Sequence record: MK054219.1 | Length of the DNA stretch: 14,972 bases | Strand: one strand, 5' to 3' | Shown here: positions 1 to 6,066 of the stretch, piece after piece | Layout: every line of letters begins with the position of its first letter | Position numbering within the stretch: the stretch's first letter is position 1 | Notes under the pieces: generated by a model | The model's input: the letters and a program-made list of their open reading frames with translations, nothing else | The model's database searches: none | Told to the model about the DNA's origin: nothing | Position numbers and translations under genes: made by a program

Positions 1-46
1 CGCCGCGGCCGGGATTTGAACCCGGGTCAGGGGCTCGACAGGCCCC
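1..46 (-). tRNA. 3' half of tRNA-Asp(GUC), serving as the viral attachment site (attP or att duplicate); not a complete tRNA gene
   Basis: Minus strand reads GGGGC-CTGTCGA-GCCCC (anticodon stem-loop, GTC), TGAC, CCGGG-TTCAAAT-CCCGG (T arm), CCGCGGC (acceptor 3' strand) and discriminator G. No D arm or 5' half is present upstream. Confidence 0.93.
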
Positions 47-250
47 CGAAGTGGGGGATACCCCCACACCCCCATTAGGGGGATACCCCCTAAGACCCCC
101 ATTGCTAATGTAAAATTCGATTACCTTATCTAAAGGTGCAATATAATGATGCCTTTCCTTATTATCATCACCCTTCTCTATTGAGTAAACATAATACCTA
201 CCTTTAATCTCTTTTACGTAGAATTTAGAACCCACGTAAAAGTTAGGCAT
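1..250 (-). CDS. int: Integrase N-terminal fragment (intN), 83 codons, reading through the att site
   Basis: Manual translation from ATG at 250: MPNFYVGSKFYVKEIKGRYYVYSIEKGDDNKERHHYIAPLDKVIEFYISNGGLRGYPPNGGVGVSPTSGACRAPDPGSNPGRG, with no stop before base 1. The KGRYYVY motif resembles the SSV1 integrase N-terminus. Confidence 0.93.
   Translation of the reverse strand, partial: MPNFYVGSKFYVKEIKGRYYVYSIEKGDDNKERHHYIAPLDKVIEFYISNGGLRGYPPNGGVGVSPTSGACRAPDPGSNPGRG
51..93. repeat. Two tandem palindromes with core GGGGGATACCCCC next to att
   Basis: GTGGGGG-ATA-CCCCCAC (51-67) and TTAGGGGG-ATA-CCCCCTAA (75-93); cores start at 53 and 78, 25 bp apart. Confidence 0.9.
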
Positions 251-274
251 TCTGAGAATGTTAATTCACGGGGG

Positions 275-282
275 TTTAAATA
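275..282 (-). promoter_or_regulatory. Putative TATA box of a leaderless int transcript
   Basis: TATTTAAA on the minus strand ending 25 nt upstream of the int ATG (250), preceded by a purine-rich BRE-like stretch. Confidence 0.6.
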
Positions 283-360
283 CTCATTCTAATAGAATAT
301 CAGTAAAGAAGTTGAAAGAAGACGGCAAAAATTCCACACAGGTAATACTAAAAAGTAGAA

Positions 361-471
361 TTACTTATCGCATAATACTTCATATGCGTAAACTATTGCT
401 AACGTAAATCCGACGCCTACTAGAATTCCCATTATAAAAGCAATCAAAAAGAATGAAACTACGTCATTCAT
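361..471 (-). CDS. 36-aa single-transmembrane peptide (not in ORF track)
   Basis: MNDVVSFFLIAFIMGILVGVGFTLAIVYAYEVLCDK; ATGA overlap with the stop of the upstream nuclease gene; T-rich tract downstream. Confidence 0.6.
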   Translation of the reverse strand: MNDVVSFFLIAFIMGILVGVGFTLAIVYAYEVLCDK

Positions 472-1037
472 TTCCGGCTCACCCAATTCTTGAACTGATT
501 GGGCTTAAGCCAATCTTTCCACTTAGTTATTACGTAAGTCCTTTCGCCCTTAGCAAATTCTGAAGGCTCGGCCAAGAAAGCCCGCTTATTCTTCTCTAAT
601 ACTTTTAATCTAGTGTAGGGCATAAACCTAATTTCACCCTCATTATCATTAACGCTAACAAACGCCGTATGATAGCCTTTTGATTCCAGAATTTCCCCAA
701 CACTTACTTTTACTCCTAATATTGCTATTATTGCTCCATTTAAGCCAAGTCTATGAGCCCTTTTAATGCTTTCAAATTTGCTAAAACTTGTCCCAGTAAT
801 ATCAAGATATAATTTATATTTAGGTAAATAGAAGTCGAACTTCCTAAACGGATCACCTTCCCACGTCTCATCTGTTTTCTCTGTACTCATTACACCTATG
901 CCGTTTACTACTATATCCTCTTCCTTCAGATTAAGAACTAATTGGAGCCATTTCCTTGCAATATCTTCCCTAATTGATGTAAGAGCCCAAAGCTTAGCGT
1001 ATTTATCTTTTAATGTATTAGCAAAAGAATTATTCAC
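468..1037 (-). CDS. Probable PD-(D/E)XK-fold nuclease of the SSV1 D244 / SSV8 D212 type, 189 aa
   Basis: GTG start 7 nt after a GAGGTGA Shine-Dalgarno; FDFYLPKYKLYLDITG resembles the nuclease motif II/III core; position in the int-proximal early operon fits D244-like genes. Family assignment from memory. Confidence 0.65.
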   Translation of the reverse strand: MNNSFANTLKDKYAKLWALTSIREDIARKWLQLVLNLKEEDIVVNGIGVMSTEKTDETWEGDPFRKFDFYLPKYKLYLDITGTSFSKFESIKRAHRLGLNGAIIAILGVKVSVGEILESKGYHTAFVSVNDNEGEIRFMPYTRLKVLEKNKRAFLAEPSEFAKGERTYVITKWKDWLKPNQFKNWVSRK

Positions 1038-1177
1038 GGGCGGGTCACCTCATCCCTCACTATTAAACCGTTTACGTCGTTAATCCAAACGTAACTATGT
1101 TGTTTAAAGAGATGAATTATCACCTCGTCCTCATCATAACTTTTGTAACCACATTCTTTGCAAACATATGCTTTCAT
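1034..1177 (-). CDS. 47-aa C2H2 zinc-finger protein (not in ORF track)
   Basis: [47 protein letters not shown] has C-x2-C-x12-H-x4-H. TAATG overlap with the D63 stop and GTGA overlap with the nuclease start. Confidence 0.85.
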   Translation of the reverse strand: MKAYVCKECGYKSYDEDEVIIHLFKQHSYVWINDVNGLIVRDEVTRP

Positions 1178-1362
1178 TATGTCACCAGCTGGTATAATTC
1201 CGCCGTGATTTTTTGACTTAGAAAGAGAGCTTTGTTTAGCTTCTCTTTATCGTAATTTTCCGTGATGATATCTATTTTTATATTATGAATAAGTGTTAGG
1301 AGTTGGCGTACGTCCTCGTCCAACATCTTAAATATCTCTCTTTCTTGTGCGTAAACTCTCAT
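1177..1362 (-). CDS. d63: D63-family ROP-like helical hairpin protein, 61 aa
   Basis: [21 protein letters not shown]...[10 protein letters not shown] closely matches SSV1 D63; GGTGA SD upstream. Confidence 0.92.
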   Translation of the reverse strand: MRVYAQEREIFKMLDEDVRQLLTLIHNIKIDIITENYDKEKLNKALFLSQKITAELYQLVT

Positions 1363-1363
1363 C

Positions 1364-1804
1364 TCAGTTCACCAACTTTTTCATGATTTTTGCAATAAGT
1401 TCATCAAACTCCTTAATTCTAGCCGGAGGAAGAACTATCGCATTATTCCTCTGAATATCTTTGTTCCTAACCTTAACCTCATTCCATAGTTCATTTAATT
1501 TGTTGATTAAATCGGACAACTCTATAGTAACATTAACCTTAGCCTCAGCCTTTGGCTTATTCTCATTATAATTTATATTAATGTTAATTGATGCGGGTGT
1601 TATGTTATCTCTAATCAACTCTATGTTTAACTCTTTAGCCACTTTTTCAAAGTTCTCTTTATCATCTGAAAGGCTAAATATTAGTGACTCTAAGGCTAGC
1701 TTAACTATCCTCTTCTTTCTGGCATCTAGTCTAAGGTACTTTTCCTTCGCTAATGCATTTATCCTAAACGCCAAGAGTGATGTTACCCTTATCTCATCTG
1801 CCAT
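1364..1804 (-). CDS. Hypothetical 146-aa protein, possible RHH-like N-terminus and coiled-coil C-terminus
   Basis: GAGGTGA SD upstream of ATG; strand-helix-helix pattern [29 protein letters not shown]; amphipathic [17 protein letters not shown]. Confidence 0.75.
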   Translation of the reverse strand: MADEIRVTSLLAFRINALAKEKYLRLDARKKRIVKLALESLIFSLSDDKENFEKVAKELNIELIRDNITPASINININYNENKPKAEAKVNVTIELSDLINKLNELWNEVKVRNKDIQRNNAIVLPPARIKEFDELIAKIMKKLVN

Positions 1805-1837
1805 TATTTCTCACCTCTGAAACTTTTACTAAAACTA

Positions 1838-2008
1838 CTGGGTAAGCAAAACCTTACTTTTACCCACTGACTGAAAGAGTATAGGAGTATAGTTAGTTTG
1901 TTAATTAGTGTTTGTTTGTTTGACGTTTGTTTAACAGTTTTTTCTGAATGGGTATAGGGGGGGTATAGTTTGTTTTTAGTGGGTAAATTTATGTTACTAT
2001 TTACCCAG
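1838..2008. repeat. Structured repeat region: two TGGGTAA-N14-TTACCCA dyads enclosing four G(A/G)GTATAG copies and TTTG repeats; candidate replication origin
   Basis: Dyads at 1839-1866 and 1980-2007 (both 28 bp); GAGTATAG at 1877 and 1885; GGGTATAG at 1950 and 1961; only 3 C on the plus strand in 1872-1996. Confidence 0.75.
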
Positions 2009-2026
2009 CCAATTTTTTGCATATGC

Positions 2027-2461
2027 TCACCCAAAATTTATTAAATTCAAAATCAGTTTTGTTAGTAGTTTCCCTTTTTCAGTTAGCTTATAGTAAGTTC
2101 TAGGGTCTGGGCTTATATGATAGCTCTGCACTAATCCAAACTCTTCCAGTTCATTCAGATACCTCTTTACATATTTGCCGTTTGTTCTCAATAATTCTTT
2201 AAATTTATTTACATGAAGTCCTTTATCTGTCCTATATAATATTAATAATATCTTTAACTGTTTATCCTCTTTATTATATAAATTATATAGGGATAATAGG
2301 ACTTCTATTAAACTCTTAGCCTTTGGCCTTGATTTTATTGCCTCTTCTTCTAACTCTTCTTCTTGGTCTTCCTTTACAACTTCTTCCTCATCCTCAACTA
2401 TTTCCTCTTTGTCTTGAATAATTTCTTCTTCCTCTTCAATTAGCTCTTCCCGGGGTTCCAA
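2027..2461 (-). CDS. Winged-helix (MarR-like) DNA-binding protein with a highly acidic N-terminal tail, ~144 aa; start revised to TTG 2461
   Basis: C-terminal KRYLNELEEFGLVQ...YYKLTEKGKLL wHTH signature; GGTGG SD before TTG 2461 and a TATA box at ~2495-2502. The 65 extra N-terminal codons in the ORF track overlap a promoter and an opposite-strand gene. Confidence 0.75.
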   Translation of the reverse strand: MEPREELIEEEEEIIQDKEEIVEDEEEVVKEDQEEELEEEAIKSRPKAKSLIEVLLSLYNLYNKEDKQLKILLILYRTDKGLHVNKFKELLRTNGKYVKRYLNELEEFGLVQSYHISPDPRTYYKLTEKGKLLTKLILNLINFG

Positions 2462-2477
2462 ACACACCCACCAATTA

Positions 2478-2516
2478 TACATATGTACAGAAAAGTTTAA
2501 AAGCTTTCTGTACATA
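2478..2516. promoter_or_regulatory. Bidirectional promoter: central TTTAAA flanked by a 12-bp inverted repeat operator
   Basis: TATGTACAGAAA (2482-2493), spacer AGTTTAAAAGC, TTTCTGTACATA (2505-2516); divergent starts at 2461 (-) and 2535 (+). Confidence 0.75.
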
Positions 2517-2534
2517 CACAAGTATGTGGGAAAA

Positions 2535-2693
2535 ATGGAATTTGAGCCTAAACCTAGACTGATGATAACCTTAAGTAAAGATACGTATGTTTTTTTGAAA
2601 AAATATTCTGAAGAGACTCGTAAACCAATTTCACATATAATTGAGGAACTAGTCAAAGAATATTTAATGAAGAAAGAGGTTGTAAAAGAATGA
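2535..2693 (+). CDS. 52-aa ribbon-helix-helix (CopG/F55-like) repressor (not in ORF track)
   Basis: MEFEPKPRLMITLSKDTYVFLKKYSEETRKPISHIIEELVKEYLMKKEVVKE: beta strand RLMITL, helix A, turn, helix B ISHIIEELVKEYL. Confidence 0.85.
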   Translation: MEFEPKPRLMITLSKDTYVFLKKYSEETRKPISHIIEELVKEYLMKKEVVKE

Positions 2694-2720
2694 TATCTAT
2701 GAATAGAATAAGGTGATTAA

Positions 2721-3002
2721 ATGAAAAGTACACCCTTCTTTTACCCAGAGGCAATAGTCTTAGCACATATATATGATAATGAAGGGATTGCGACTTACGA
2801 CCTCTATAAGAAAGTTAGTACGGATTTTCCTATGTCTTCGGCCACATTTTATGGTGCTAAGAAATTCTTAATACAAGAAGGCTTTATAGAGGAAAGACAA
2901 GAAAAGGGCGAAAAGAAACTTTACTTAACGGAAAAGGGGCGTTTATTTGCCATCTCACTTAAGCCCGGAATTGAAACGTATAAAAAGATTAAGAAAGAGT
3001 GA
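2721..3002 (+). CDS. f93: F93-family winged-helix transcription regulator, 93 aa
   Basis: MKSTPFFYPEAIVLA...EGIATYDLYKKV...LYLTEKG is near-identical to SSV1 F93; AGGTGA SD at 2711-2716. Confidence 0.93.
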   Translation: MKSTPFFYPEAIVLAHIYDNEGIATYDLYKKVSTDFPMSSATFYGAKKFLIQEGFIEERQEKGEKKLYLTEKGRLFAISLKPGIETYKKIKKE

Positions 3003-3005
3003 AAA

Positions 3006-3260
3006 TTATTTTTTCTTATTTTGTTCTATTTGCTTCATAAGGGCTTTGTAAGCGTTTTTAATAGCGGTTTCATTTAATGTACCATCTTCATTAAAAATGT
3101 CCTCGGCTTTGATTAGACCTAATTCATGTAGAACTACCGCATATGATAACAACACCGCAAAACTCCATGATACGGCCCCTTTCTTTAATGTGGTAAGGAT
3201 TTTATCTTGGAAGCTCTCTTTATTTTCCTTCTTTTCCTCCTTGCTCCCGAAAAAATTCAC
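3006..3260 (-). CDS. Hypothetical 84-aa protein
   Basis: GTG start overlapping the end of the upstream RHH gene; charged termini and a short hydrophobic core; no family recognised. Confidence 0.6.
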   Translation of the reverse strand: MNFFGSKEEKKENKESFQDKILTTLKKGAVSWSFAVLLSYAVVLHELGLIKAEDIFNEDGTLNETAIKNAYKALMKQIEQNKKK

Positions 3261-3417
3261 TATATTTTTCCTTTAATAGCTTTGCTCCTTCATCTATTAA
3301 TTCGCCTATAGATTTTCCAGTCCTTATCTTTAGTTCATTTAATATCATATAAGTTTCTTCCTCAATCGCTATGTTAAGCCTATACTTTACCCCTTTTTTA
3401 GTTTTTTCGATTACCAT
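3220..3417 (-). CDS. 65-aa ribbon-helix-helix protein, first gene of the leftward early operon
   Basis: YRLNIAIEEETYMILNELKIRTGKSIGELIDEG is an RHH pattern including the G-x-S turn; TATA box (TTTAAA 3441-3446) is 29 nt upstream of ATG. Confidence 0.8.
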   Translation of the reverse strand: MVIEKTKKGVKYRLNIAIEEETYMILNELKIRTGKSIGELIDEGAKLLKEKYSEFFREQGGKEGK

Positions 3418-3515
3418 ATCTGTACATATGTGTTGTCCCTTTTAAATATAATGTTTCTGCATTACTGTGTTTCTGTACAGAAAAATTTATATACCCACTG
3501 TACATATGTACAGAT
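3418..3515. promoter_or_regulatory. Divergent early promoters (T5/T6-like) carrying TGTACA operators
   Basis: Leftward TATA 3441-3446; rightward TTTATATA 3486-3493. ATCTGTACATATGT (3418-3431), palindrome TTTCTGTACAGAAA (3470-3483) and palindrome CTGTACATATGTACAG (3498-3513). Confidence 0.8.
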
Positions 3516-3530
3516 TAGAGGTTCCCCAAA

Positions 3531-3821
3531 ATGCAAGACCAAGAAGAAAGGGAAAACCTCGTAAAACAAAGTTCAGTTTTTTTACTTCTCACCACGGGTA
3601 GTAAAAAGTACGGAACATATCTACATGTCAAAATTGAGATAAATGAAGACGAAAAGATAATAAAAGAAATCTATGTCGACGATATCGGAATAGAGAATGA
3701 ATTAAGGAAGCTAAAAAGGTTATATGAAGTGTATGGCTTTGCTATGTCTGATGAAACACAGGAGGCAATAAGAAAAGAAGTATTGATAGAAATAGCGAAG
3801 ATTCTGCATTTGTTCCTGTGA
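3531..3821 (+). CDS. a100: A100-family protein, 96 aa
   Basis: SVFLLLT.G.K.YG.YLH.KIE..EDEK..KEIY.D....[13 protein letters not shown] matches SSV1 A100. Confidence 0.88.
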   Translation: MQDQEERENLVKQSSVFLLLTTGSKKYGTYLHVKIEINEDEKIIKEIYVDDIGIENELRKLKRLYEVYGFAMSDETQEAIRKEVLIEIAKILHLFL

Positions 3822-3826
3822 GGGCG

Positions 3827-3994
3827 ATGAAAATGACTGATATTGAATTTTACTTAGAACAGTTAGCATATATTAAACAACAATTAGATGATCTATTAAG
3901 CAACGCACCTTGCGATAAAGAGCTAATTGAATCATTAGAGGAATTGAAAGAAACTATAGAGCATGCAATTGAATATTGTGAGTGTGGTGATTGA
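3827..3994 (+). CDS. 55-aa acidic helical protein (not in ORF track)
   Basis: MKMTDIEFYLEQLAYIKQQLDDLLSNAPCDKELIESLEELKETIEHAIEYCECGD; GAGGG SD upstream; exactly fills the gap between a100 and c80. Confidence 0.7.
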   Translation: MKMTDIEFYLEQLAYIKQQLDDLLSNAPCDKELIESLEELKETIEHAIEYCECGD

Positions 3995-3995
3995 G

Positions 3996-4241
3996 ATGAA
4001 GGCTAGGGTTGAGTATATCAGGTTGCCGAGACCCTCCTATGCAAAAACTTATAGAAAGATGGAAGTAACGAAGAGGAATGATGGCACAATAGAATTAACG
4101 TTAGAGGATACAATGCAAGTAATATCGTTTAAACTACCGCCTGAGTTGAACGCAAAACTGGAATCTGCTTCAATAAGACAAGGGAAAAGTAAGAGCGAAA
4201 TAATCAGAGAAGCGTTAGCGAGGTACTTGGAAAATGTTTAG
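3996..4241 (+). CDS. c80: C80-family RHH (CopG-like) regulator, 81 aa; start revised to ATG 3996
   Basis: MKARVEYI.LPR...MQVISFKLPP.LNAKLE......KSKSEIIR.ALARY matches SSV1 C80; GGTGA SD at 3986-3990. Confidence 0.9.
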   Translation: MKARVEYIRLPRPSYAKTYRKMEVTKRNDGTIELTLEDTMQVISFKLPPELNAKLESASIRQGKSKSEIIREALARYLENV

Positions 4242-4476
4242 ATGCCCTATTTGTGGTTTCACAACGATTAGATTATTCGCATTGAAACAACATACGCGAA
4301 GGAATCATGTGCTAAATAAATGTCCAGTTTGCAATAATTCGTATGTAAGGCTTAATCAACACTTTTACGGTAAGTACGATATCGATCATCTCGTATATTG
4401 TTATCTATTTACTACTTACAAGTTACCTAAGAGCGTTAGGTTGGCAATTAAACGTAAATTAGAGGTGGGTCAATAA
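4234..4476 (+). CDS. a79: A79-family C2H2 zinc-finger protein, 80 aa
   Basis: MFRCPICGF..RLFALKQHTRR.H..KCP.C matches SSV1 A79. Confidence 0.92.
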   Translation: MFRCPICGFTTIRLFALKQHTRRNHVLNKCPVCNNSYVRLNQHFYGKYDIDHLVYCYLFTTYKLPKSVRLAIKRKLEVGQ

Positions 4477-4607
4477 TGTATCAGTGTTTACGTTGTGGCG
4501 GTATATTTAGGAAAAGAAGGGAAGTGGTTGAGCATTTGCTTAGTGGGCATATGCAGAGCAAGTTTACGCTAGAATATTTCTATATCTACTTCAGGGTGAG
4601 AGAATGA
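4476..4607 (+). CDS. a45: A45-family C2H2 zinc-finger protein, 43 aa (not in ORF track)
   Basis: MYQCLRCGGIFRKRREVVEHLLSGHMQSKFTLEYFYIYFRVRE; TAATG overlap upstream and ATGA overlap downstream; matches SSV1 A45. Confidence 0.92.
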   Translation: MYQCLRCGGIFRKRREVVEHLLSGHMQSKFTLEYFYIYFRVRE

Positions 4608-4897
4608 TGATAGCGGAATTATTAGCATTCTATGGTATGCACTTTAACGATTATTTTACAACGGTATTAGGGCTTAGAATTGAGGGAGTGAGAGAGGTTA
4701 ATGCAATTGCGAGGAAATTCATTGAAACGCCTTTACGATTAGCGTTCTATAAATTTTCTTTAGCTACGTTACTTCTTATCGTAATTTTAATATTTCATAT
4801 TGCACCCACATCGATGATTTATTATGATAGTGTGATAGAGGCGTTTGTAGTTGGCTGGAACATAATAACGATTAGGAGGCATAAGGTGAGAAGATGA
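4604..4897 (+). CDS. C102b-like membrane protein, 97 aa
   Basis: Hydrophobic segments (LATLLLIVILIFHI; VIEAFVVGWNII); position between a45 and b129 is that of SSV1 c102b. Confidence 0.75.
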   Translation: MMIAELLAFYGMHFNDYFTTVLGLRIEGVREVNAIARKFIETPLRLAFYKFSLATLLLIVILIFHIAPTSMIYYDSVIEAFVVGWNIITIRRHKVRR

Positions 4898-5091
4898 AGA
4901 AAAAGAAAGAGCTTATTCAGACTTCTTTAGATGATTTTGCAAAGCCCGAAGCAAAATGGATAACAATAGGTAATGAAAGATATGTAACGGGTGATGATTT
5001 CTTTAAATGTTATGAGTGGTGCGAAAGCCAAGGAAAGCATAAGGACGAGTTTGATAGATGCGTAAAAGAATGTCTTGGGGTTAGAAGATGA
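4894..5091 (+). CDS. 65-aa Cys-rich protein with a PIP-box-like motif, coupled to cas4
   Basis: ATGA overlaps at both ends; QTSLDDF near the N-terminus; C-x3-C-x11-C-x3-C at the C-terminus. Confidence 0.75.
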   Translation: MKKKKELIQTSLDDFAKPEAKWITIGNERYVTGDDFFKCYEWCESQGKHKDEFDRCVKECLGVRR

Positions 5092-5705
5092 AAAGCAGAC
5101 TACTGACTATACTATATAATTATGAAATAGTCTCAACTAACGATACAAGGACAATATGGGTTACAGAGCTTAGCCGGTGTTTGAGGTATAGTTTCTTGCT
5201 AAGGCATAACAAGATACGCCCTTCAATTGATGTAATAATGAGGATGAATATAGGTTCAGGTCTTCATATGCGTTTGCAAAAAATCTTAGCAAAGCATGGG
5301 TTTGAAGTGGAAAAGAGGGTTGAACGGAAGACGGCTTTAGGGTTTCAAATAGTAGGCAAAGTTGACGTCTTTGACAAAGAAGAGAACGTAGTGTATGAAC
5401 TGAAGTATACGCATCACGATAAACTGGATAACGTTAGGCTTAACTACTACCTCAGACAACTTAACTATTACATTGAGATGGCTAACGCGTTAAAGGGGTA
5501 CTTAGTTATCGTACATGCGGACGGCAAAGTTGAGGAAATAAAGAGGGATTGGAGTGAGACAGACCTAGAGAGAAGGGCTAATGCTTTCGGGATTTCAGTT
5601 GAGGAAAACATTTTACCGCCGAGAAAGGCTAAGCCTGATAGTGAATGCCTAGAGTGTGCGTTTTACAACTACTGTTGGAGGGATAGGAATGGAGTCAGGC
5701 AGTAA
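5088..5705 (+). CDS. cas4: Solo viral Cas4-like RecB-fold exonuclease with Fe-S cluster cysteines, 205 aa
   Basis: N-terminal Cys (TELSRCLR), H in GLHMRLQ, GKVD (motif II), YELK (motif III), QLNYY (QxxxY) and C-terminal CLECAFYNYC (C-x2-C-x5-C). Confidence 0.9.
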   Translation: MKSRLLTILYNYEIVSTNDTRTIWVTELSRCLRYSFLLRHNKIRPSIDVIMRMNIGSGLHMRLQKILAKHGFEVEKRVERKTALGFQIVGKVDVFDKEENVVYELKYTHHDKLDNVRLNYYLRQLNYYIEMANALKGYLVIVHADGKVEEIKRDWSETDLERRANAFGISVEENILPPRKAKPDSECLECAFYNYCWRDRNGVRQ

Positions 5706-6066
5706 AACGCACCTGAGGAGTAACCATAAGGGGATTACGATTCACGTGACTTTGGAAGAACTGGAACGCTATCATTCTCTGACGCCGGAACAGAAAAGAA
5801 TAATTAGGGCTATTGTTAAAGCGTTAATCCATAACCCCCAGTTGTTAGATGAAAGCGGTTATCTCTATAAGTTACTTACAAGTAAAGCAGTATCGCCTTA
5901 CGTTTGTCCCCTTTGCTTAATGCCATTTTCTTCATCAGTTAGTCTGAAGCAACACATCCGTTATACGGAACACGCAAAGACTTGTCCCATATGCAAAAAG
6001 GAGTTTAGAAACACTGATTCAACCCTAGACCATGTTTGCAAAAAACATAATATCTGCGTTAGTTAG
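5689..6066 (+). CDS. b129: B129-family double C2H2 zinc-finger DNA-binding protein, 125 aa; start revised to ATG 5689
   Basis: VCPLCLMPFSSSVSLKQHIRYTEH and CPICKKEF..TDS.LDHVCKKHNICVS match SSV1 B129. Confidence 0.93.
   Translation: MESGSKTHLRSNHKGITIHVTLEELERYHSLTPEQKRIIRAIVKALIHNPQLLDESGYLYKLLTSKAVSPYVCPLCLMPFSSSVSLKQHIRYTEHAKTCPICKKEFRNTDSTLDHVCKKHNICVS

Noticed and set aside
1-46. A functional tRNA gene
   Set aside because: Only the 3' half is present; upstream sequence is integrase coding, so this is an att site.
898-1083. 61-aa plus-strand ORF
   Set aside because: Antisense shadow of the nuclease and zinc-finger genes; no recognisable features.
1581-1820. 79-aa plus-strand ORF
   Set aside because: Antisense shadow of the 146-aa gene; S/L/F-rich composition typical of reverse frames.
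1804-2034. 76-aa minus-strand ORF across the repeat region (72 aa from ATG 2022)
   Set aside because: Its N/K/T/Q-rich sequence mirrors the nucleotide skew and repeats, and the downstream gene has its own SD. A weak SD and a TAATG overlap mean it is not fully excluded.
2462-2656. N-terminal 65 codons of the 209-aa ORF in the track
   Set aside because: They overlap the operator/TATA and the antisense RHH52 gene and lack an SD; the TTG at 2461 has SD and promoter support.
5088-5705. A CRISPR-Cas locus implied by cas4
   Set aside because: No repeat-spacer array, leader or other cas genes were seen anywhere in the window; solo viral Cas4 is known in fuselloviruses.
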